From Candidatus Hadarchaeota archaeon (GTDB lineage: Archaea; CAYQAE01; CAYVLA01): a stretch of 64,000 nucleotides of DNA. Both the position numbers and the translations under genes were made by a program. The notes beneath the pieces are model-generated. The model saw nothing but the letters and a program-made list of their open reading frames with translations. It was not told the DNA's origin and did not search any database. Positions 56,984 to 64,000 of this stretch are shown one piece after another. The stretch covers positions 16,409 through 80,408 of the forward strand of contig CAYVLA010000006.1 in assembly GCA_964452145.1 (NCBI GenBank), written 5' to 3'. Position 1 is the stretch's first letter. Every line of letters starts with the position of its first letter.

Positions 56984-58216
56984 TCACTCCTTCGCCGCCG
57001 CGAGTCTGGTCATCTCCACCTTCCGATACAGCTTGCGCCTGATCATGAGCATCCAGAGAACGGATCCCGACATGAAGAGAGCGGACGATGTCACCAGCCA
57101 CTCTATCAGGAATACCCAGAGAAGTGCCTTGTTCTTCTCCCTTCTTGCCACCTCCTCCGCCGCGGGGAATCTGACCAGGGCAGAGCTTATCGACGCCTGG
57201 CTCTCCAAGAAGGCATGCTCAAGATACCGGTGGGTGGCCTCGGCGTAGATCTCCTCAAGGGGGATCATCTCTCGCTCTATGCTTTCGGTGTTGGCCCCGA
57301 ACTTGTCTATGAAGTCCTTCAGCGAGATCAGCACCCTCATCCTGGTCACGAACTCGGCGAAGTCCGACTTCACTCTGTGGAAAACCTCCACATCATCGAT
57401 GAGCTCGGTGTTCGCAAGCCAGAAGATCATGTTCATAACGATCTCGGGTGAGTACTTGTTTTCACCCGTGACGCCGGTGGGGTATGCAAGCCACCCTCCC
57501 GGGAAGGGCGACCCGATCGTCATGGCACGACCCTTGCCATACCACCAAGCGACAAGGTAGGGCTCCTTCTGTGGGTAGTTGCCGCCCTGCCAGGCTAGAA
57601 CGCCTGAACCATCCCTGGCAATCACTAATCTGCTTAGGCCTCCGCGCGCGTTCTCCACGCCGAAAGGCACGAAAGCGGTGAGTATGGGTTCGGGATGGTT
57701 CTTGTTGATCTGGACCCAGTGAGACTCTATCTGGGCCCAAGCGCTGTATCGCGCCGTCACCGCGGGCGCATCGTTGGGAAATGCCTCCCAGGCCACGCCG
57801 GATGCCCATGCCTGCGGCACGCCAGCTATCTGGCTGAAGACGCTTCCATCATTCATTCCGCCCGATCCATCCCAGATGGCGTCGCGGATCCACATGTCTT
57901 GCTTAGGAGTGATGAGTTCGTAGTTGGGCTTGCAGAGGATCAGGACGTCATAGCTCGTCATCTCCTGGTATCTGCGGGGAAAGTAGAGACGGATCAGCTT
58001 GACGAGTTCCGAGTCAGGGACCCGGCCGTCCCAGGTCACGATCACCTTGTACTCCACAGAGGGCTCCCCGTCAAAAAACATCCTCAAAGCATCGACTCGA
58101 CTGTCCTGTACCAGTAGCAGCAGCCTTATCCTTTCGGCTCCGAAGCCGGGCGAGAAGAACACAAGCGTCATGGCGACGGCCAAGCAGAAGACAGCCCTGA
58201 CGGCACGGCAATGCAT
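56984..58216 (-). CDS. Membrane-anchored GATase1-like surface protein, paralog 6 of 6
   Basis: Signal peptide after ATG 58216, RLYFPRRY, LKDFIDKFGA and ALLWVFLIEW...WMLMIRRKLYRKVEMTR. Confidence 0.85.
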   Translation of the reverse strand: MHCRAVRAVFCLAVAMTLVFFSPGFGAERIRLLLLVQDSRVDALRMFFDGEPSVEYKVIVTWDGRVPDSELVKLIRLYFPRRYQEMTSYDVLILCKPNYELITPKQDMWIRDAIWDGSGGMNDGSVFSQIAGVPQAWASGVAWEAFPNDAPAVTARYSAWAQIESHWVQINKNHPEPILTAFVPFGVENARGGLSRLVIARDGSGVLAWQGGNYPQKEPYLVAWWYGKGRAMTIGSPFPGGWLAYPTGVTGENKYSPEIVMNMIFWLANTELIDDVEVFHRVKSDFAEFVTRMRVLISLKDFIDKFGANTESIEREMIPLEEIYAEATHRYLEHAFLESQASISSALVRFPAAEEVARREKNKALLWVFLIEWLVTSSALFMSGSVLWMLMIRRKLYRKVEMTRLAAAKE

Positions 58217-58240
58217 GACGCACGCAACGACGGCAAGCCA

Positions 58241-58250
58241 TACATAAAAA
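58241..58250 (-). promoter_or_regulatory. Candidate TATA box (leaderless start at 58216)
   Basis: TTTTTATGTA about 25 nt upstream of ATG 58216. Confidence 0.4.
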
Positions 58251-58440
58251 TGGCGGGGACTGCATTCATCCAACAGGGGCCCACCCACTTGCTCGGTACG
58301 CAGCTTCACGGCCGGGATTCCGCGGCCCATGCTCCGTATCCAGGTGCAAGCCCAAAGGCCCTAAGGCAGGAAGGCAGGCGTCACAGATTTATCGGCACTG
58401 GTGCCTCCACGGATCTCGAGCATCAGAAGGGAAGGGTTGT

Positions 58441-59286
58441 TTGAAGACTCTTGGAAGGTTTATCGGGCTTGCCTTCGTCGCTGTCGTCCTCTCAGGCCTT
58501 CTTCTGATCACCTTTGCTCCAGCGAGGCCCGGTCAACCCATAGAAGTCCTGGGAAACGAGTACCCACAGATCTTGTCCCTCGGAAGATCCACGTTCAGCT
58601 TCTCGGTGGTGGCCAGGGAGCCGTTCAAACGCATGGAGATCAGATTCATCACCCTGACCCCCAAGGATCTCGCAGAGTCGGGACTGATCGACCCGGCCTG
58701 GCAGCAAGGCATCAGCGGGCTGAGCGGTGTTCTCGGGAACGTGCGGAAGCTTGTCTGGTTTGACGAGGACATCTCGCAACTCGGGATATCGCCTGAACGG
58801 CTCGACCGAACCGTCACCCTCGAGGGCAGAAGCTTTGACCTTCTCGTACACGACTACTCCGACTCATTGGTCAGCCGCCTCGGCCCAAGCCTACTTGGCA
58901 GGAACGTAACGCTAAGCGTGCCGCTCGTGTTCGCGGTTATCGCGAACCAGACTCACTACCAGTACTTGGAGGGTAACTTCGGCTTCTTCGTCAAGCCAGC
59001 CATCAACGTCAGGTCCCTACTGATATCTCACAACAATAATGAAACCAAATATGCTGCCGACGATGAGATACAGCGGGGGTCAGTTCTTTTTCCCATTTCG
59101 CAAGCGCCCAGGGGCATCGTCACGGTGGAATCCGTGGACACGGACGATACGATCACCGTCGCCTTCGGAGTCGAACCTCTCCAGTTCATACGAGACCCCA
59201 AGGGGCCGGCTGCCCTGCTTCAGATGATTCGCGTGTACCTCGACGGTGAGCCCTATGGTGAAACAATCGTGAACGTGGTGAGGTAG
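58441..59286 (+). CDS. Hypothetical secreted/membrane protein
   Basis: TTG start, N-terminal TM/signal (FIGLAFVAVVLSGLLLITFA) and beta-rich body. Confidence 0.7.
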   Translation: MKTLGRFIGLAFVAVVLSGLLLITFAPARPGQPIEVLGNEYPQILSLGRSTFSFSVVAREPFKRMEIRFITLTPKDLAESGLIDPAWQQGISGLSGVLGNVRKLVWFDEDISQLGISPERLDRTVTLEGRSFDLLVHDYSDSLVSRLGPSLLGRNVTLSVPLVFAVIANQTHYQYLEGNFGFFVKPAINVRSLLISHNNNETKYAADDEIQRGSVLFPISQAPRGIVTVESVDTDDTITVAFGVEPLQFIRDPKGPAALLQMIRVYLDGEPYGETIVNVVR

Positions 59287-59301
59287 AGTGGAGGTGACGG
59301 T

Positions 59302-60261
59302 CTGAGAAGCATCCACGCAACCACGACCCTTTTCCTGATTCTGTTCGCGACCAGCCCGGTTGCAGGTCTGGAACCCCTCATCGTCGTGTACTCGGGAGGA
59401 ATCCCCGACCTAGCGGAGATGCTCGCCTCGGTGATTGAGTCAGACGACAGGTTGACAAGTCGAGTGATGGCTGTTCGCAGTCTCGAGGAGGTCGTCCTCG
59501 CTGCCGCGATGCCAGCGACCCAATGCATCGTGATCTATGCCGACCACAAGGACTACGTCTTCGGACTCGAATCAACGCTTGTGCCATTCTTCGAGGAAGG
59601 AGGTGGTCTGGTGGGATTCACGGAGGCCTGCTACGAGCCATCCGCAAGAGGCCTGGCTACGGAGGTCTTCCCCGTATTCGGCAACTCGTCCAACAAGGAA
59701 CTCACCATGAAGGAGAGAAGGACGCGTACATACATCTTGCAAGAACAAAGCATCGTATCAAGGGGATTGCCTGACAGCTTCCGGATTCTGAGCATGGGCA
59801 CGTATCTTTCAGCTGACCGAGACGGCAAACATCTACGGGTGCCGGGCGACTACGCCGTTGTCTACCGCGACAACGCTACCGGATGTCCCCTGGTTATCAC
59901 CCACCAGAGCGCAGGAGGCGGGCGCTCCGTGGCATTTCCGGGCATCATGCTGGCTGCCGTTCCAAGGTTGGATGTATACTACGGTAATCTGGTCCTAGAC
60001 GAGAACTTCGTGACGCTCTTCACGAACTCCGTCGTCTGGGCTGCTGAGAACGCGCGCATCAAGCGAGTTGAGGAGGGACTCAAACAGGCCATGGATGAGT
60101 ACGAATCCCAGCTCCAGCAACTCAAGGAGGAAGCCGAGGATGCACGGAGAAGCCGGACGACAAGTCGGATGCTACTGCTGCTGTTACTGTGGGCGGCGGG
60201 ACTGGCGTCAAGCGGGGTGGTCGCCAGACGAGTGATTCTATCGCCAGCCGAGCCAGAGTAG
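59302..60261 (+). CDS. Membrane-anchored GATase1/ThuA-like domain protein with coiled coil (probable CTG start)
   Basis: GGAGGTGA RBS (59290-59297) 4 nt before in-frame CTG. The extension adds a signal peptide. Also GGGLVGF and GGGRSVAF motifs, a coiled coil and a C-terminal TM + RR. Confidence 0.75.
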   Translation: MRSIHATTTLFLILFATSPVAGLEPLIVVYSGGIPDLAEMLASVIESDDRLTSRVMAVRSLEEVVLAAAMPATQCIVIYADHKDYVFGLESTLVPFFEEGGGLVGFTEACYEPSARGLATEVFPVFGNSSNKELTMKERRTRTYILQEQSIVSRGLPDSFRILSMGTYLSADRDGKHLRVPGDYAVVYRDNATGCPLVITHQSAGGGRSVAFPGIMLAAVPRLDVYYGNLVLDENFVTLFTNSVVWAAENARIKRVEEGLKQAMDEYESQLQQLKEEAEDARRSRTTSRMLLLLLLWAAGLASSGVVARRVILSPAEPE

Positions 60262-60375
60262 GGAAGCACTTCATGCACCTGCCTCGTCCTCGCGCAACCT
60301 CGGCCAGGAAGAGGCGGAGAGACCCGGGCTTGGATGACAGACACAAGGCTGTTCGCCCCGGCAACGATGAGGTAG

Positions 60376-61458
60376 TCACCTGTTCCACTCGGTGACCGCG
60401 TCGACCATCGCCTTGAAACGCGGGAAAGCCTCCAGGCCTCTGCCAAATATGTACGGCGAAGCAGTCGGACACACAATCAGGCCACTGTGATCCGCAAACA
60501 CCGTCTCAACGAGCTGTTCCGTCTCCTGCCCTACCTCCTTCGGAGTCGCCTCGTACATTCTGTTGATCTGGATGTTGCCCTCCAAACACATCCTCCCCCT
60601 TGCCAGCGCCTTGGCTTCCATAGGGGTGATATCTCCCATGGGAGGAGCTTCGAAAGGATGCAGAACATCGACACCCATCTCCAGGAAGCCCGCGAAGACC
60701 CTCCTTATAGAGCCATGACAGTGCACATGAACGTATCCGCCAGCATCGTGGACCATGTCAAAGATAGGTCTCTCATACTTCACGATGAAGTCCTTGAAGT
60801 CGCGTGGTCCGTGGATCGGCGGAACGATGAACTCCTCTCCCGACATGGAGAAAAAAGGACCTACCCCGCTGTCGAGAATCACCCTCAAGCGATTCATTAC
60901 GATGGTCATCTGGCGAATGCAAAGCTCGTGTATGAGGTCCCTATTGGTTATGGACATCTTCGCGAAGGTCTTGGTTCCGAACAGGGTAGCTACGAAGCCT
61001 CCAGGAGAAGATCCCAGAGACGCTTCGACGATCCCCGCCTCTCCCATCTGCGCCTTGGCGGCATGGAAAGAGGACACATCCGCCCGACCAATCCCGGGCA
61101 GCGGGAGGGAAAGGTATCTCTCGGCATCCTCCAGATCCTTGAGATAGTAGGTCTCCGACAGACCGGACTGTCCCTTCAGGCCGACAAGCCGTGACGACTG
61201 TAGGTCCCCTTTGGGTGTATGAAGGACCGTCACATGTCGCTCGAAATCATTCGAGTAAGGTTCCACATGGGATTCCAGGGGGTACGGCGTCAGCTCCGGG
61301 CCGGGCCATGAAGCTTTCAGTTCGGTATGGGCACTGAGATATGCCTTGAGCTTGTCGTAGCTCGGGTCATTGCGCGGAAAACCAGTACGAACGTATACTC
61401 CGGGCCGGTCAGTTTGTCCATGCGAGTAGCACCTCTCTAGCCTCTCCCGACGATTCAT
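60376..61458 (-). CDS. Uroporphyrinogen decarboxylase / MT2-like TIM-barrel protein
   Basis: MNRRERL start, LHTPKGDL, GEEFIVPP, HVHCHG, GVDVLHPFE and LEGNIQ motifs. Confidence 0.88.
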   Translation of the reverse strand: MNRRERLERCYSHGQTDRPGVYVRTGFPRNDPSYDKLKAYLSAHTELKASWPGPELTPYPLESHVEPYSNDFERHVTVLHTPKGDLQSSRLVGLKGQSGLSETYYLKDLEDAERYLSLPLPGIGRADVSSFHAAKAQMGEAGIVEASLGSSPGGFVATLFGTKTFAKMSITNRDLIHELCIRQMTIVMNRLRVILDSGVGPFFSMSGEEFIVPPIHGPRDFKDFIVKYERPIFDMVHDAGGYVHVHCHGSIRRVFAGFLEMGVDVLHPFEAPPMGDITPMEAKALARGRMCLEGNIQINRMYEATPKEVGQETEQLVETVFADHSGLIVCPTASPYIFGRGLEAFPRFKAMVDAVTEWNR

Positions 61459-61761
61459 GTGTTTCTCCCTCATCACGCCCTCCAGAGAACGACTCACATG
61501 CCGTGACAGTCGCCATCCCGAAGCCCACACCGGCTAGCAGGTCCGACGTGCTTTCGGATGGACCGGCTTGCCAGGAATCTCGGGATAAGAATCTTATCGA
61601 CCTCCGGTAGGTGGTACTGGAAGAACGAGGCACAAAGGTCACACCCTCTCCCTTCCAGTGAGCCGTCGGCCTCGCTTAGTGAGAGTGCTGCGCATCAACA
61701 TCACTGGGTCACTGAGGCCACCGGGAAAAGACACTAAAACTCCGACCCCCCTTTGCGCGCC

Positions 61762-63129
61762 ATGAATGATTCATCGCCGTGCAGAACCCGAGAACGCAGG
61801 CAGAACATCGTTCTCATTCTCGTTGACGATCTAGGATGGGTGGATCTAGGCTGCTACGGATCCAGCTTCTACGAGACGCCAAACATCGATGCTTTGGCCA
61901 GGCAGGGCATGCGCTTCACGCGGGCATACTCCTCTTGTCCTGTATGTTCGCCTAGTCGCGCTGCCATCCTGACGGGCAAGAGTCCAGCCCGCCTCCGCTT
62001 CACCGGCCACATAACTGCGACCGGCCGCCATCGCTACCCCCAGCAGGGTCGCATCATCCCCCCTAGTGATCGTCTGTACATCCCCTTGGACGAGATCAGC
62101 CTAGCCAGGGCGCTAAAGCCCGCCGGCTATGTCTCGGCCAGCATCGGGAAGTGGCATGTGGGCAACGAACCCAAATACTGGCCACTCGGCCACGGCTTCG
62201 ACATCAACGTGGCCGGCCACACCCATGGTAGCCCCCCGAGCTACTGGTATCCATACAAGTGCCCTGACCGTGAATGGAATGCCGAGATCCCGACACTGAA
62301 GGGGGGAAGAGATGGAGAGTATCTAACCGACCGGCTGACCGATGAGTCCATCAGATTTGTCGAGGACAACAGGGACCGCTCGTGGTTCCTGTACCTTCCG
62401 CACTACGCGGTGCACACCCCATTACAGGCCCCGACCGAACTGGTGGAGAAGTACAAGGCCAAGATGCGTTTCGATCGATCCCAGAAGAGCCCCGTGTATG
62501 CCGGAATGATCGAGAATCTCGACGATAACGTGGGCCGTCTGCTTGGGGCTATAGGAAGGCTGGGACTGGAACAGGACACGGTGGTGATCCTCACCAGCGA
62601 CAATGGTGGCACCCTTAAGGCTACGTACAACACACCGCTCAGAGGCGGGAAGGGATACCTGTACGAAGGCGGAATAAGGGTACCTCTCATCGTGAGGTGG
62701 CCGGGCCGGGTTAAGGAGGGGAGCGTGTGCGAAGTCCCCGTGATAGGCGAGGACCTCTACCCCACGATAGTCCGGATCGCAGGTGATGGATGTATCTCTA
62801 ATGACGTGGTCGACGGAACAAGTCTGGTCCCATTGCTCAACGGTGCACAGGCCGGGCATGAGAGGGATCTGCACTGGTACTACCCTCACTACGCCCCGGA
62901 GGCCGAGATGCCCGGAGCGTGCATCATCTCGGGCCGCCTCAAGCTGATCCATCATTACGACCCGGAGAGACTGGAGCTGTACGACATCGTCCACGATCTG
63001 GGGGAGAAGCATGACCTGTCCAAGGAAATGCCAGAAGAAGTCGAATGCCTACAAAAGAAGCTGGGTGACTGGCTGTCATCGGTCAATGCCCAGATGCACT
63101 CATTGAACCCGGAATACGAGCCCCGATAA
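61762..63129 (+). CDS. Cys-type formylglycine sulfatase (arylsulfatase A-like)
   Basis: LVDDLG, CSPSR (CxPxR), GKWH, HYAVHTP, SDNGG and YEGGIRVP motifs. Confidence 0.95.
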   Translation: MNDSSPCRTRERRQNIVLILVDDLGWVDLGCYGSSFYETPNIDALARQGMRFTRAYSSCPVCSPSRAAILTGKSPARLRFTGHITATGRHRYPQQGRIIPPSDRLYIPLDEISLARALKPAGYVSASIGKWHVGNEPKYWPLGHGFDINVAGHTHGSPPSYWYPYKCPDREWNAEIPTLKGGRDGEYLTDRLTDESIRFVEDNRDRSWFLYLPHYAVHTPLQAPTELVEKYKAKMRFDRSQKSPVYAGMIENLDDNVGRLLGAIGRLGLEQDTVVILTSDNGGTLKATYNTPLRGGKGYLYEGGIRVPLIVRWPGRVKEGSVCEVPVIGEDLYPTIVRIAGDGCISNDVVDGTSLVPLLNGAQAGHERDLHWYYPHYAPEAEMPGACIISGRLKLIHHYDPERLELYDIVHDLGEKHDLSKEMPEEVECLQKKLGDWLSSVNAQMHSLNPEYEPR

Positions 63130-63369
63130 TTCCGACGGACCAGCTCATCTTTAGGTGGGGATGGCGTACATCTCGGCCGCTTCGCAGCAAGCCATCGAAT
63201 GCAGCGACGGTGATATCCCGAGCTTCGAGGATTTGTGCGGCTTCTGGGGCACTCCCTGAAGAAAGGCAGCCATGATCGCCGCGCCGCGTCGGCCCAAGGA
63301 GCTTTCCTCCGGCCGTGGTGCGCTGAGATCCGCGTTTGTGTGTCCCTCGATTCCCTTGACACCAGTGAC

Positions 63370-64000
63370 TCACGTCCTCCTTCGGTTGGCTTGCTCCCAA
63401 CACTTCAACCGTTGGAGGAGGCACTGCACCGCAGAGGCGTACTCTGGGTCCGCCACCTTATTGTCAAGCTCTTTGGGGTCCTTGTCGAGGTCGTAGAACT
63501 CGCCCGGAGAGCCGTTGTACGCGATCATCTTGGCCGATCTCGTTCGCACCATCTGCACGTGCTCGTCTGCCATACCCACCATGTGGCTGAAGACTGCATC
63601 CCGCCACCCATCTGTGGTCGGCCCCTTATCAAGCAGAGGCACAAGCGATCTTCCCTGCACCCCTGCGGGACACTCCGCCCCGACCAATTCGCAGATGGTG
63701 GGCACGATATCAACGTGCTCGACAAGTTCCGGCCGGGCTGCTGGGGATACACCTGGAACATTCACGAAGAGTGGCACATGCACCGAGCCCTCGTACATGA
63801 CGAACTTCAGGAACAACTCATGCTCCCACATCTGATCCCCATGATCGACGGTCCAGATCACGATGGTCCGGTCTCGAATGCCCAGATCATCCAAGCCGTC
63901 CAAGACCATCCCGCAGTAGGAATCGGCAAGCTCGATCATTCCGTAGTAGCCCGCGATCATCTGGCGGATCTCAACCTCCGTTAGGTGGCTCCACTCGGAT
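63370..64000 (-). CDS. Sulfatase family protein, C-terminal part (5'-truncated by window edge)
   Basis: Frame is open to the window end. AGYYGMI..AD...G, WTVDHGD, MYEGSVHVP, QGRSL and EFYDLDKDPKE motifs. Confidence 0.9.
   Translation of the reverse strand, partial: SEWSHLTEVEIRQMIAGYYGMIELADSYCGMVLDGLDDLGIRDRTIVIWTVDHGDQMWEHELFLKFVMYEGSVHVPLFVNVPGVSPAARPELVEHVDIVPTICELVGAECPAGVQGRSLVPLLDKGPTTDGWRDAVFSHMVGMADEHVQMVRTRSAKMIAYNGSPGEFYDLDKDPKELDNKVADPEYASAVQCLLQRLKCWEQANRRRT

Noticed and set aside
63130-63369. Protein-like fragment on the minus strand (APEAAQILEARDITVAAFDGLL)
   Set aside because: No start or RBS and no recognisable family; at most a gene relic.

Overview
GC-rich, probably archaeal window. 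This is inferred from GGAGGTGA/GGTGA ribosome-binding sites, TTTATA-type boxes about 25-35 nt before several starts, frequent GTG/TTG starts and an archaeal-style AbrB-like protein. No rRNA, tRNA, CRISPR array or transposase was recognised. Content from left to right: (1) the probable edge of a phage-tail/contractile injection (eCIS-like) locus, with a truncated tail-associated gene, a PAAR spike-tip gene, a 2H phosphoesterase and an Ig-repeat membrane protein; (2) a large set of apparently cytoplasmic glycan/sulfate catabolic genes: GH116, GHL6-type hydrolase, three sulfatases, an arylsulfotransferase, a Cys-less FGE-fold/sialidase fusion, an AGE epimerase, an Ogl-like propeller, three UroD/MT2-like TIM barrels and several large orphans; (3) an adenosylcobalamin radical-enzyme module (GlmL/MutL reactivase, single-chain B12-binding mutase-like protein lacking the PLP lysine, opine dehydrogenase, divergent CobO); (4) six dispersed paralogs of a surface protein (signal peptide, GATase1-like domain, helical bundle, C-terminal TM) sharing a conserved LWxxxxEW...LMxRRxLYRxVxxTR anchor. 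The B12/opine module and the six-member anchor family are the best candidates for an undescribed system. All family assignments come from motifs read by eye, with no database search, and many start codons were moved from the ORF track.
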